Shown here in pieces: positions 1 to 12,092 of a stretch of 64,000 nucleotides of DNA. Under the pieces are notes generated by a model. That model saw nothing but the letters and a program-made list of their open reading frames with translations. It was not told the DNA's origin and searched no databases. Made by a program: the position numbers and the translations under genes. The first letter of the stretch is position 1, and every line of letters starts with the position of its first letter. Source of the DNA: an uncultured delta proteobacterium (lineage in GTDB: Bacteria > Desulfobacterota > Desulfobacteria > Desulfobacterales > JAHEIW01); assembly GCA_963706575.1 (NCBI GenBank), contig CAVPNL010000006.1:736001-800000 (forward strand), written 5' to 3'.

Positions 1-960
1 CAGCGGATTGATTAAAGAATGTCGATAAGCGGAAAATCATAATCGAGGTTGAGCCGTGAAGGATGCGGGAAAAATATCAGGCTGATATAATAAATGACCA
101 CTCGGAACTGGGTCATAAGCCTTTCAGAAAGGGTAAATTCCTTGTTGGCAAAAGTCTTGAATTGACGATAATCTTTTCTAGGGATCCAGGCCCAAATATA
201 AAAGGGCGATCACACCGAAAACAAAAACAACCAAACATGACAGATATTTCAGATTTCGCTTCAACCAGTCGACGCTAAGATCCTGGAAAGAAATACCACT
301 CGTAAAGAAAAACAAAAAACGGCAAGGTGGCAGCGTTTTGTTTGCTCCCCAGTGCGAAATATCCATGCCAGTGCAGCGCCGCCGAACCAGCCCCATTTTT
401 TGCCCGGTTGCGCCGCAAGGCGTCCTTTCACATAGAGCCAAAAAGCAAGAATATAAAACAGGGCTGCCATACTGTTCATTCGCTGCACAATATAGGTAAC
501 CGATTGGGTTTGGATCGGATGAACCAACCAAAGCAAAGCCGCAAAAAAGGCAACCATGAAAGGTGTGATCAACTTCAGTTTTAAGTGAAGGAAGATTTAA
601 GGTGGTTTGGATAAAAATGAAGAGGAATATACCGGCTAAAATGTGTATAACGATATTAACAAGATGGTAGCCTTCGACGTTGTACTGGTGAAGTAATAAT
701 TTAAAGCAAACGTAACATTGCCAACTGGCTCGTGTCTTTGCAGATTGTTTGCCAAATGCGGCCTCAATCAGGTTTTCCGCGCTAAGCTCAGTTACTCGAA
801 TGCTCTGATTTTCCTCAATTCTGAGTATATCATCAAAGATAAATGGACTTTCGAAGGTTTTGGAATATAGCAAAAAGCCCGAAACCGAAAAAACAGAAAG
901 CACCGCCAATATCATTAAAATAGAACGATTTCTGCTTAACTCGTTTGTTTGCTGCATCAT
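1..960 (-). CDS. Multi-TM GT-C-like (TMTC/protein O-mannosyltransferase-like) membrane protein; frameshifted, runs off the left edge
   Basis: ORF pieces 178..960 and 261..572 give FIFDD..I..N, GYHLVNIVIH and LWLVHPIQTQSVTYIVQR motifs typical of the bacterial TMTC-like TPR protein family. Confidence 0.7.
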
Positions 961-1011
961 AGCTCTGCGTTTTGGATTGATCGCATCTCGGACTTCTTTT
1001 ATTCAAAAAGT

Positions 1012-1948
1012 TCAAGAATTCCCCCCACAAAAGCAATGATCAGCATCTGGGAGAAAAATAGAGATTCCAATTAGAACACCTTTTTCGGGGGGCAAATTAA
1101 AAAAAGTAAACAAATAGGCATAAGCGCCTTCTCTTAATCCAATTCCCGCAAAAGAAATTGGAATCGTTTGCAGTAACAGCACCAATGAGCCGATCCACAT
1201 GATATCCATAAAGCCCAAAGGAACCGATGCGGCCTTAATGAGAACCAACAGCCTGCAGATAAAAAATATTTGCCAGAGAAGACTCAGTCCGAGAATAGAA
1301 GTAAACGTGTTGCCGTTTATTTTTTTGAGATTATGGTTTTCAAAATAGGCATCAACATTTAATTTTGGTCGTATTCGTTGCAGCGTTGAATTGTGTCATT
1401 GATTTAATCAGATCACGTATCGGCGAAAAAATATAAAATAAAATAAATACCGACACAAAACATATCCCGATGGCAGCGATTGGCAAAAGGCGCATCCTTA
1501 GAATCTCGATCTCGGGATTTGATTTATAGAAAAATAGCGGAATCATCCCGCAGAAAAGAAGCACCAAAAGAAAGGTTAACCGTTCGAATACGATAGACGC
1601 TAAAAATTGAGCCTTGCCATTTTTATTGCGGGTGACTTTAATCCATCGGACAACTTCCCTTCCAATGGCTGACGGCAGGAAAAGTGCATAAAATCTGGCA
1701 ATGAAATTTATTTTTACTAATGAAGCCAACGAATGATTAATAGCGCTTCCTTTTATGAGGAAATAATATTTTCCGGCGACGATGATCCCCGAAGATACCG
1801 CCAGAAGGGTAGAGATCACGTAAAGGCTTACATCGATGCTGCCCATCGTAGCGGCCAGTCTAGAAACATCGACCTTAAAAAAAAGATATCCGATAAAAAG
1901 GCAGGATATAACAATTTTTAAGATTATTTTTAGATACCGTTTATCCAT
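1012..1948 (-). CDS. Lysylphosphatidylglycerol synthase TM-domain (YbhN/UPF0104) flippase-like membrane protein; frameshifted
   Basis: Pieces 1352..1948 (LFLPSAIGREVVR, SIVFERL) and 1012..1248 (IPISFAGIGLREG) carry the family motifs. Confidence 0.75.
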
Positions 1949-1999
1949 TCTTCTGTCTCGGCATAACCGAACTTTTTGAGCTGCGGAATTAGAATAGGG

Positions 2000-2886
2000 C
2001 TAATTTTCTTTTAAATCCTCTTTTGAGAATTCTGTTTTCCATTTGTTATAGTTATCCGCCGTTAATTTAGGGAGTGGTTCGAAAAACGCTTTGCTGGCAT
2101 CTAAGCCTAAAAAGCCTAATATCTCTGTAATTTTTTGACAGGGCGTTTGGATGAGATCTTCATAGCGAACGATGAGGCGGTAGTTTTTTTGAATTAATTT
2201 CCAATGCGTTTCGATGCGTTTTACGCAATGTAACCATTGGTAGGCATTGAATTGCAGTAGTGACGATTGATCATAAATTCGCTCCCAGTGTTTAAACCTG
2301 GGGCCCCAACCGATGTCACCTCTCCAACGCAACCGATTTAAGTGTTTCTTTTTGTTTGTGAAATGTCCGTGCCTTTCAAATGACAATGCCTTAATTTATC
2401 ATTTAAGAAAGGCTGACGACCCAAAAACTTATGGATTACCTGATATGCCGCCCCATAATTAAAGCGACCTTTAGAGAGCGGATTTTTTATGATATTTTGC
2501 CTGCGCAACCATTCTTTGTTTATCGAAAGTGTGACATCTCTCCCATCGCGCAATAGATGTATAAACTTCGCTTGAGGAAATATTTTTAAAATAAAAGGTA
2601 TCTTGAGACTATTTCTAGGAGATTTATCGATCAGAACCACACATTTTTTCTTCGTTTTATATTTGGAAAAATTGCGGTAGATCCATTTTTTGACCTGCGG
2701 TGATGCATCTGCTTCTGTTCTTTCATCGTCAGGTGCCGTCCGGAAAAATCGGTCCCATACGAAATAGGGCTCATACCACTGGCTGATGTGATGATGTTTG
2801 TCCAGCAATTCTCCCAGTATTGTCGTACCTGATCTTGGTGAACCGACGATAAAAACAAACGCATCTCCCATTGTCTTTTCAGCCAT
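2000..2886 (-). CDS. PAPS-dependent sulfotransferase; frameshifted near 2380
   Basis: FIVGSPRSGTT (5'-PSB loop), DKSPRN, FIHLLRDGRDVTLS (3'-PB) and VRYEDL in the second piece. Confidence 0.85.
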
Positions 2887-2908
2887 AATTTACCCTGAAG
2901 AAAAGATC

Positions 2909-3952
2909 TTATCGCCACCATGTCTTGATGATGATGCGGGCGAAATGAATGCCATAGATTAGATCTTTTCCCTTTTTGCTTTTCCCGTATTTGCGTCTCA
3001 AAATGGTTATGGGTACTTCGCCGATGCGCAGACCCTGTTTGACGGCTTCAATTATAAGTTCACTGGTATGATATTGATCTTCGTGCAGCCGGATGGAGTT
3101 GACGGCATCCATGCGAAAAGCTCTGAAACCGCTGGAAGGATCGGTTATCTTTTTGCCCAAAAGTGTGGTGACAATTCGGCCGAAAACATAAACTCCGGCA
3201 ATTCTTAAACGGCTGGAGGCTTCTCTATTGCCAAGAATACGTGATCCGATCACACAATCATATTGTCCTTCAATAATGGGCAATATGAGATATGGGATAT
3301 CTTCCGGCCGATGCTGACCATCGGCATCCATTGTTATGCAATAGCGAACGCCCGCTTTTTGTAAAATATCGTATCCCAGTCTCAGTGCAGCCCCGCCGCC
3401 CCTGTTGATCAGATTTTTAACTGCGCAAGCACCACTGCTTTCCGCTACAGAAAAGGTTTCATCATCACTGCCATCGTCGACCACTAGGACTCCAACATCG
3501 ATGCCTTCGATTTGTTTCGGGATCTTTGGCAGCAAAGCCGCTAAATTTTCTGCCTCATTATAAGCAGGGATGAGGATCATAATCGGCTTGATTTTCCGGG
3601 CAAGGTCAGCGCTTTTTTCGATTTCTCTTGTTCCCAATGAGCGGACCAACCGGTCGAACTGAAAATGAATATTATCGACCTTTAGTTTTGTAAACAAAAT
3701 GTAGAACAGTAAGAAAATATTTGAAACAATCAACAGGGCAATTATTCTACCCCGGTAAGCCGTTTGTAAAGATAGGGCATCTCGTAATGCATTTAGAATG
3801 TTGGGATTAATGGTTACGGCAATCAGGCTGAAATTCAACAGCATAAAAAAGATAAAATTGAGCCGGTTCCAGCGAGCGCCGCGGTAGACATAAAACGTGG
3901 CAACCAATCCTAAAAAGCCGACCAGGCAGCCCAATATTCTTAATGTTGACAT
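2909..3952 (-). CDS. GT2 glycosyltransferase (polyprenol-phosphate glycosyltransferase-like) with N-terminal membrane (DUF2304-like) domain
   Basis: IPAYNEA, VVDDGSDD, NRGGGAA, MDADGQH, GSR and DPSSGFRAF motifs; three N-terminal hydrophobic helices. Confidence 0.85.
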   Translation of the reverse strand: MSTLRILGCLVGFLGLVATFYVYRGARWNRLNFIFFMLLNFSLIAVTINPNILNALRDALSLQTAYRGRIIALLIVSNIFLLFYILFTKLKVDNIHFQFDRLVRSLGTREIEKSADLARKIKPIMILIPAYNEAENLAALLPKIPKQIEGIDVGVLVVDDGSDDETFSVAESSGACAVKNLINRGGGAALRLGYDILQKAGVRYCITMDADGQHRPEDIPYLILPIIEGQYDCVIGSRILGNREASSRLRIAGVYVFGRIVTTLLGKKITDPSSGFRAFRMDAVNSIRLHEDQYHTSELIIEAVKQGLRIGEVPITILRRKYGKSKKGKDLIYGIHFARIIIKTWWR

Positions 3953-4039
3953 TTTCTTATTCCTAGATGGTAAAAAGCAGCACTTCTATAGTTGATTTGA
4001 GCGTACTTTGAAGTAGATCTCTTTCGTTTTGATTTTTTT

Positions 4040-5179
<1,140 letters not shown>

Positions 5180-5189
5180 AAATAACCCC

Positions 5190-6223
5190 AATATTCCGCG
5201 ATTCGAGATTCAAGGAGATTGTTTTTTTAGAAATGAAGCCAGCTGGGATTTCGAAAGGGGATTTCATTGCCGAATGATAGGTCGGGTGACTTCTTTGAAC
5301 GGATATCCGGGTATTCAAAGCGACGTTGCGATAAATTTCCGTAAGGCCGGCAAAATCACGAAATATCGTTCCAATTCCCATGATCTTCTGGTCTCTTCGG
5401 TGTTCATCAATTCTTCGTACATTTTTTCCCCGGTTGTTCCCCGATGATCTTTATGTCGATATCTTCAGGCCGGTGGCCGTAGACAGGCGCCAGTTCCTCG
5501 ATCATGACTTCGGCCAGATCCTGAATGCGAATGGCCGGCATTTTGGTGACGAAGACTTCTCCGCCGCGCACAGGAGGGCGGAGTCGATGACCAGCTGGAC
5601 GGCGTCTTCAATGCTCATGATAAAGCGGGTCATGTCCGGATCCGTCACGGTGACGGGTCCGCCCCGACGAATCTGTTCGCGAAAAATGGGGATTACCGAG
5701 CCACGGGAGCCCAGCACATTGCCAAAACGCGTGGAGGTGAAAACGGTCCGTCGTTCGAAGGTTGCTGTTGGCGGCCGTCATCAGCCGCTCGCCCATCAGT
5801 TTTGAGGTGCCCATAACATTGGTCGGGTTAACCGCCTTGTCCGAGCTGGTGAAAATAACCCGTTCGACCTTGTTTTCAATGGCGGCATAGATGATGTTTT
5901 GGACACCGAGGATGTTGGTTTGTACCGCTTCAAAAGGGGACCGCTCGCAGAGGACGACGTGCTTGAAGGCGGCCGTGTGGAAGACCACATCGATGCCTTT
6001 CATTTTGTCCTTTAGCCGGTCTCTGTCACGCACATCGGCCAAAAAGAAATTTGCGGGTGGCCGTATTTGGCATATTTCTGTTCGATGGAAAAAAGCTCAC
6101 TTTCATTGTTGTCAAGACCGATAAGCTCTTTCGCCTGGTACTGTTCCAAAAGCTGACGGATCAATTCTCTTCCGACGGTGCCGCAGGCGCCGGTGACCAG
6201 GATGCGTTTTTGTTAACGTCCAA
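5190..6223 (-). CDS. UDP-GlcNAc 4,6-dehydratase-type polysaccharide biosynthesis protein (CapD/PseB family); frameshifted, ends approximate
   Basis: [12 protein letters not shown] near 6200, [33 protein letters not shown] and TDPDMTRF. Confidence 0.85.
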
Positions 6224-6376
6224 TTGGTTTTCTCTTTCTTTTCTTTGGGTTATCGGTCCGCAAAAAATAATGTTCCCTGGCTTTTAAGGTGCTGAAACTT
6301 ATCATTTAAGTGCATATCAAGCAAATGAAATTTATGAATACCGCAATTTTAGGGCAACGCATACGGTTAAATGCCG

Positions 6377-6532
6377 TGTCCGGGTCGGAAATTTTCGATG
6401 AAATTAAGCAAAAGATTGCTTCGTCGCTTACGCTCCTCGCAATGACAGTGCGAGACATTTGCGGGTCATTGCGAGCGAAGCGAAGCAATCTTAACGCTCG
6501 GGCATCTCACCGAGAATTGCCATACCCGGGCA
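6377..6532. repeat. MITE-like shell with ~25 bp imperfect terminal inverted repeats enclosing a REP-type hairpin pair
   Basis: tgtccgggtcggaaattttcgatga ... tcaccgagaattgccatacccgggca; inner gattgcttcg...gcaatgac and gtcattgcgagcgaagcgaagcaatc (~6414-6490). Confidence 0.7.
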
Positions 6533-6577
6533 AAGCATCTTGACTTGGTCTGCAAAAGTCTTTATCTATCACGCAAT

Positions 6578-8243
6578 ATGAAACAGAAAATACGTGATCT
6601 AATTCTCAGTGCGGCTAAAAGCGCCTATGAAAAAAGGAGATTTGCCGTCAGCTGACATTTCCGAGGTTGAGGTTGAAGAGCCCGGGCTGATGCCCACGGA
6701 GATTTTTCTAGCAATATTGCCATGGTGATGGCATCGGCTCAAAAAATGGCGCCGCGTAAAATTGCGGAAGCCATCATTGCTCACATTCAAGATCCGCAGG
6801 AATTGATTGAAAAGACTGAAATCGCCGGTCCGGATTCATTAATTTTTTTGTCAAACCAGTCGGCCTGGCACCCGGTTTTGCGTGAGATTCACGAAGCCGA
6901 TACCGCCTACGGTGCAACCGATATCGGTAAAGGTCAAAAATTTCAGGTCGAATATGTCAGCTCCAACCCCACCGGACCGCTGCATGTCGGTCACGGCCGC
7001 GGTGCGGCCGTGGGTGACGCGGTGGCCAATATTCTTTCCTTTTGCGGCTATGATGTCCAAAAGGAATATTACATCAACGATTCGGGCCGGCAGATCCGGA
7101 CCCTGGGGCAATCGGTTTTTCTGCGCTATCAGGAGCTGTGGGGCCAAAAAGTCAAATTCCCGGATGAATGCTATCAGGGGGATTATATTCGTGATCTGGC
7201 TGCCGACATCAAAACCCGCAAAGGCGCTGGCCTTTTAAGCGAGCCGGAACAAGACGCCATTATGGAATGCGCGCGCTTTGCCGCCGGGAACATACTGGAC
7301 GGCATTCGGGACGATTTAAAATTATTCGGGGTCGAATTTGACTGCTGGTTCAGTGAACAGAGCTTATATGATTCCGGCCGCGTGGTTGAGATTCTTGATA
7401 ATTTTCGCAAACAGCAGATTATTTACGAAAAAGACGGGGCCCTGTGGTTTAAAACCAGCGATTTCGGTGATGAAAAGGATCGGGTGGTGGTTAAAGCCAA
7501 CGGCGAAACGACCTATTTCTGCATCCGACATCGCCTACCACCAGGACAAGTATGACCGTGGGTTTGAATGGGTGGTCGACGTCTGGGGAGCGGATCATCA
7601 TGGTTACATTCCCCGGATGAAAGCCGCCGTTGAAGCCTCCGGGCATCGGCGGGATCAGTTTGATGTCATTTTGGTGCAGCTGGTGAATTTGCTCAGAGCC
7701 GGGCAACCGGTTGCCATGTCGACACGGGCCGGCAAATTCGAGACCCTGCGCGAGGTTATCAACGAAGTGGGCCGGGACGCCGCGCGCTTCATCTTTTTGA
7801 CCCGCCATTATGAAAGCGCCCTTGATTTTGATCTGGAAGTCGCCAAGCAAAAAACCAATGATAATCCGGTTTATTATGTTCAATATGTGCATGCCCGCAT
7901 CTCGAGCATCGTGCGCAAGGGAAACGAACGGGGGACCTGCGAGGTTTCCTGGGATGACAAGGCCGTGGCTCGCCTGGAGGCACCTGAGGAAATTGATTTG
8001 ATTAAAGCCCTGGCGCGCTATCCGGATGTCCTGGCAGGCAGCGCCAGAAGCATGGAGCCGCATCGTGTGACCTATTATTTGATGGACCTTGCATCGGCCT
8101 TTCACACTTACTACAATAAGCACCGGGTTTTAGTCGATGATTCGTTGTTGCGCTGCGGTCGGCTCAATCTTGTTTTAGCGGTTCAAAAAGTAATCCGAAA
8201 CGGCCTGACGCTGCTGGGCGTTTCTGCCCCGGACAGTATGTAA
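6578..8243 (+). CDS. argS: Arginyl-tRNA synthetase; split by indels near 6690, 6835 and 7520
   Basis: ATG at 6578; [20 protein letters not shown] (HIGH motif), [27 protein letters not shown] and C-terminal [10 protein letters not shown]. Confidence 0.95.
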
Positions 8244-8307
8244 AACCGGACTTTAAATTTCCATCTTTACCCGCAAGTCCGTCGGATGGCGTCAGCAATG
8301 ACTGTTT

Positions 8308-8369
8308 TCGCGGCAGGATGCCGCTCACACCGCTTGTTGATGGTTTGTGGAGTGGCTTCCCAGCCACGA
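8308..8369. repeat. REP-like inverted pair (GTGGGAGCGGC...GCCGCGA type)
   Basis: tcgcggcaggatgccgctcacac followed by tgtggagtggcttcccagccacga, an imperfect reverse complement. Confidence 0.55.
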
Positions 8370-8392
8370 GACCCAAAGCATAAAATTCAACA

Positions 8393-9172
8393 ATGAGAAA
8401 AAAGAATAAACGCAAAGAGCCGGAATTTAAAAAACCCTTTATTGTCCTGTCGCGCCGCAAAATTGCGGGGTGGATTTTTTTAATTTTTTTTCTGTGTGCC
8501 TGGATGTTCATACTGGGGATATTGGTCGGCAGAGGTACGGCCCCGGTCAAATTTGATATTGCTGCCCTTGAAAAAAAATTAGAAGCCTCGAAAGAGGGTG
8601 ACGGCGGCGATCAAAAAAAAGCGCCGGCACCGAAAAGGCCGGTTACCGTAAAGGATAAAACCAAGCTCGAGTTTTATGAAGCGCTTAAAGAAAACAAAGT
8701 AGATCCGGACGTTCCGGCGCTTCAAAAGCCGGAGGTTGTAAAAGATAAGATTGAAAAACCGGCCGAAAAAACCGTTCCCCAGGAGCCAATAAAGGAAACC
8801 GTTCCAAAAGCGGCATCTGAAAAATCGGCTTCTCAAAAAACAGGGACGCAAAAACCGGAACCTGCAGCAAGTTCTCAAATCAAAAAGCCGGCCAAGAAAA
8901 AGGGAAAAGTTCCTGCCGTTACTCCGACAAATGCTGCAGGCCCTGTATACACCATCCAGGCAGCTTCCGTTAAAGATCCAAAAGATGCGGATCGGCTGGT
9001 CCAGAAATTAAAAAAAAGTGGATATCCGGCCTATCGGGCGATCGGCAAGATACCCGGAAAAGGAATCTGGTATCGGGTCAGAATCGGAGAGTATCAGCGC
9101 AAATCTGAAGCGCTGAGCGTGATGAATAAATTGAAAAAAGAAGGTTTGAAACCGATCCTGGTAATGAAATGA
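8393..9172 (+). CDS. SPOR-domain cell-division protein (FtsN/DedD-like)
   Basis: N-terminal TM helix, Lys/Pro-rich linker, C-terminal YTIQAASV...WYRVRIGEY SPOR domain; common position downstream of argS. Confidence 0.85.
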   Translation: MRKKNKRKEPEFKKPFIVLSRRKIAGWIFLIFFLCAWMFILGILVGRGTAPVKFDIAALEKKLEASKEGDGGDQKKAPAPKRPVTVKDKTKLEFYEALKENKVDPDVPALQKPEVVKDKIEKPAEKTVPQEPIKETVPKAASEKSASQKTGTQKPEPAASSQIKKPAKKKGKVPAVTPTNAAGPVYTIQAASVKDPKDADRLVQKLKKSGYPAYRAIGKIPGKGIWYRVRIGEYQRKSEALSVMNKLKKEGLKPILVMK

Positions 9173-9223
9173 CCTTCGTTACCTTCACTATGTCATATAG
9201 GTCCGAAAGCAGTCTTTTTACCA

Positions 9224-9321
9224 GTGTGTTTAGTATTTGGTGTTTAGTGTTTAGTAATCTAACATGCAGATATAGGATCATATATTTCATGCCAAACACC
9301 AAACACGAAACACAAAACACT
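9224..9321. repeat. Inverted heptamer array element, copy 1 (GTGTTTA)n-spacer A-(CCAAACA)n
   Basis: gtgtgtttagtatttggtgtttagtgtttagt / aatctaacatgcagatataggatcatatatttcatg / ccaaacaccaaacacgaaacacaaaacact; followed by gactttttacga. Confidence 0.9.
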
Positions 9322-9393
9322 TGTTGAATTCGACTTTTTACGAACACTAAAGCAAGATATTAGAGGGCGAATGACAAAAGGCGGTTTAAGGAC

Positions 9394-9681
9394 ATGAAAA
9401 TAACCAAAGAAGAAGTGCTGTACGTTGCCCACCTCGCACGCCTGGATTTGGATGAGGAATCCATCGAGAAGTTCGCCGGCCAAATTGACGAAATCCTGGG
9501 ATACATTGAAAAATTGAACCGGGTCGATACCAAAGGCATAAAAGCGACTTCGCACGCCATTTCTCTGACCAATGCGTTTCGCGACGACGAGGAAAAGGAA
9601 CACATCGATCGTGAGCTGGCACTGGAAAATGCGCCTGAAAAAGAAGATGGTAGTTTTGTGGTTCCCAAGGTCGTCGGATGA
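9394..9681 (+). CDS. gatC: Asp/Glu-tRNA amidotransferase subunit C
   Basis: MKITKEEVLYVAHLARL...NAP...FVVPKVV; directly upstream of gatA. Confidence 0.95.
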   Translation: MKITKEEVLYVAHLARLDLDEESIEKFAGQIDEILGYIEKLNRVDTKGIKATSHAISLTNAFRDDEEKEHIDRELALENAPEKEDGSFVVPKVVG

Positions 9682-9823
9682 TGCATTTGAAAAAGGCCCC
9701 CTTTTGCCCAATTTCTGTGTCAAGCTCCGGTTTTAATCCTCGACATACAACCAAGTATGCCTGTGGTTAAAATCCTCGCTTTCCTTGAAATTGAACAAAA
9801 TTGAACCTTTTTCAAACGCATCA
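9679..9823. repeat. ~145 bp palindromic element with CATAC-n-GTATG core
   Basis: Terminal IR tgatgcatttgaaaaagg ... cctttttcaaacgcatca; core aatcctcgacatac-aaccaa-gtatgcctgtggtt. Confidence 0.75.
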
Positions 9824-9861
9824 TACAAAATATTGTTAAAAGAAAAAAACGAAAAGGTATT

Positions 9862-11322
9862 ATGGAATTATTTGAGTTAACAATAGAAAAGGCTCACCGG
9901 TTATTAAAAACCAAAGAAATATCTTCGGTGGAGTTAACCCGCGCGGTATTGGATCGCATTGACACAGTGGAAGGAAAAGTTGATGCGTTTATTACGGTCT
10001 CGGAAAAAACTGCAATGGAACAGGCGAAAGAAGCAGATCAAAAGATTGCCAGCGGTCATTGTGAGTCGTTGACCGGAATTCCGCTTGCCATCAAAGATGT
10101 CATCTGCACCCGGGGCGTGCCAACGACATGCGGCTCTAAAATTCTTGAAAATTTTGTGCCGCCCTATAATGCCACGGTAATCGGCAAACTCAACAAAGCG
10201 GGGGCGGTAATTGCCGGTAAAGCAAACATGGATGAATTTGCCATGGGCTCGTCCACCGAAAACTCGGGTTACAAAATTACCCGCAACCCCTGGGATCTGG
10301 CCTATGTGCCGGGCGGATCCAGCGGTGGCTCGGCAGCTGCGGTTGCCGCCGATATGTGCCTGGGCGCTTTAGGCTCGGATACGGGAGGGTCCATCCGGCA
10401 GCCGGCGTCATATTGCAGCACGGTGGGCATGAAACCGACCTACGGACGGGTATCCCGATACGGACTGGTGGCGTTTGCATCCTCTCTGGATCAAATCGGG
10501 CCTCTGGCAAAGAATGTCTCGGATTGCGCCATAATGCTCAAGGCGATCGCCGGTTATGATTCTGCAGATTCTACGTCCGTTTCCCGGGAGGTGCCTGATT
10601 ATACCGCTGCTTTACAAAAGGGATTAAACGGCGTCCGGGTGGGTATCCCCAGAGAGTACAACGCCACTGAGGGAATCGATTCCGAAGTGTCGGCGGCAGT
10701 CGATAGCGCTGTCAAGGTGATCGAGGATCTGGGTGCTGAAAAAATGGAGGTGTCCCTGCCGCATACCGAATATGCTGTGGCCGTATACTATGTGATTGCG
10801 CCCTCAGAGGCAAGCTCAAATCTGGCGCGCTACGATGGCGTTAAATACGGCATGCGGGACAAAAATCAAACCGACATGATTAAAATGTACCGCAGCACGC
10901 GCTCTCATGGTTTCGGTCCCGAAGTTCAGCGGCGCATCGTTATCGGGACCTACTGCCTTTCGGCCGGCTATTACGATGCTTATTACGGCAAAGCCTCCCA
11001 GGTGCGGACTTTGATCATGGAGGATTTTGCCAAAGCGTTTGAAAAATGCGATGTGCTGTTATGCCCGGTGGCCCCGACACCGGCATTTAAAATCGGTGAG
11101 AAGGTTGATGACCCGCTGACAATGTACCTGTCGGACATTTTCACCATTTCGGCAAACCTGGCCGGGATCCCCGGTATGTCGATCCCCTGTGGATTTTCAA
11201 AACAGGGCCTTCCCATCGGGCTGCAATTAATGGGCAAGCATTTTAACGAAGAGATGCTTTTTAAAGTGGCCTATAATTTCGAACAGGCTACGGATTTTCA
11301 CAAAAAAAAACCCGACCTGTAG
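9862..11322 (+). CDS. gatA: Asp/Glu-tRNA amidotransferase subunit A
   Basis: Amidase signature [24 protein letters not shown] and SSNLARYDG. Confidence 0.97.
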   Translation: MELFELTIEKAHRLLKTKEISSVELTRAVLDRIDTVEGKVDAFITVSEKTAMEQAKEADQKIASGHCESLTGIPLAIKDVICTRGVPTTCGSKILENFVPPYNATVIGKLNKAGAVIAGKANMDEFAMGSSTENSGYKITRNPWDLAYVPGGSSGGSAAAVAADMCLGALGSDTGGSIRQPASYCSTVGMKPTYGRVSRYGLVAFASSLDQIGPLAKNVSDCAIMLKAIAGYDSADSTSVSREVPDYTAALQKGLNGVRVGIPREYNATEGIDSEVSAAVDSAVKVIEDLGAEKMEVSLPHTEYAVAVYYVIAPSEASSNLARYDGVKYGMRDKNQTDMIKMYRSTRSHGFGPEVQRRIVIGTYCLSAGYYDAYYGKASQVRTLIMEDFAKAFEKCDVLLCPVAPTPAFKIGEKVDDPLTMYLSDIFTISANLAGIPGMSIPCGFSKQGLPIGLQLMGKHFNEEMLFKVAYNFEQATDFHKKKPDL

Positions 11323-11417
11323 CAAAGCGCAAAGCGCATGAAACAAAGCGGCATAGCGTTTCTATTTGCCTATTTTTCTTTTTTTAACTCTTTGCGCTCT
11401 GCGCCATGCGCTATGCT
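11321..11417. repeat. Inverted heptamer array (GCAAAGC / GCTATGC family)
   Basis: agcaaagcgcaaagcgcat ... ctttgcgctctgcgccatgcgctatgct. Confidence 0.7.
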
Positions 11418-11460
11418 TTTATGTTCGGCCAATTGACCACTGACGAAGGAGACTGCCGTT

Positions 11461-11643
11461 ATGACCACCGTACAACCGGAAGGTGAAGATTTAAGAAGAG
11501 CCGTCAAATGGATTTCTGAAGAACGCAAATTTAATCCGGAGGCCCAAACATCCAAGCTTATCGAGGAAGCCTGTCTGAAATTCGATCTGTCGCCGATGGA
11601 TGCGGAGTATCTTTTAAAGTTGTTGAAGAAAGATCGTGTTTAG
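11461..11643 (+). CDS. Small hypothetical protein (60 aa)
   Basis: GAAGGAG RBS upstream; helical protein MTTVQPEGEDLRRAVKWISE...FDLSPMDAEYL; stop codon lies within the first heptamer unit. Confidence 0.75.
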   Translation: MTTVQPEGEDLRRAVKWISEERKFNPEAQTSKLIEEACLKFDLSPMDAEYLLKLLKKDRV

Positions 11644-12088
11644 TGTTTTGTGTTTAGTGTTTAGGGAGGATAAAAAATGGCTTTTGTGCGATTTGAAGAT
11701 CTCAGAGTTTTCAAACTGGCTGAAAAATTATGTGATGATATTTGGGGTATCGCAATATCCTGGAAGTATTTTGAGAAAAACACAGTTGGTATGCAACTCG
11801 TAAAGGCTGCGGATAGCATCGGTGCTAATATTGCAGAAGGCGCCGGCAGAGGAACACCCAAAGATAACAAGCGATTTGTCAGAATTTCTAGAGGGTCTTT
11901 GAATGAAACAAAATATTGGCTTCGAAGGTGCATAAGGCGGGGTTTGATTAACGATAAGCAAAGCGATTTTTTGCGGGAAATGATCGACGAATTAGGTCCA
12001 AGCCTTAACGCATATTTGAAATCCATTGGAAGAGATAAGTAGATCCAAACACCAAACACCAAACACGAAACACCAAACACCAAACACT
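11636..12088. mobile_element. Gene-carrying copy of the inverted heptamer element (copy 2): arms 11636-11664 and 12045-12088 bracket a four-helix-bundle gene
   Basis: gtgtttagtgttttgtgtttagtgtttag + RBS + ORF + ccaaacaccaaacaccaaacacgaaacaccaaacaccaaacact; mobility is inferred, not shown. Confidence 0.6.
11677..12042 (+). CDS. Four helix bundle protein (23S rRNA IVS protein / Avd-like family)
   Basis: FEDLRVFKLA, QLVKAADSIGANIAEGAGR, RFVRISRGSLNETKYWL; GGAGG RBS; more AT-rich than its neighbours. Confidence 0.92.
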   Translation: MAFVRFEDLRVFKLAEKLCDDIWGIAISWKYFEKNTVGMQLVKAADSIGANIAEGAGRGTPKDNKRFVRISRGSLNETKYWLRRCIRRGLINDKQSDFLREMIDELGPSLNAYLKSIGRDK

Positions 12089-12092
12089 ATCC

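Noticed and set aside
6578..8243. Programmed frameshifting or pseudogenisation of argS
   Set aside because: Several indels in an essential gene within an indel-rich region fit assembly error.
9078..9347. Minus-strand ORFs with near-identical peptides (also 25704..25988, 11661..12083, 12005..12220, 59326..59658) containing VFGVSCLVFG
   Set aside because: They are translations of the heptamer repeat elements, with no RBS or family support.
11677..12042. Diversity-generating retroelement, suggested by the Avd-like protein
   Set aside because: No reverse transcriptase and no template/variable repeat pair differing at adenines were seen in the window.
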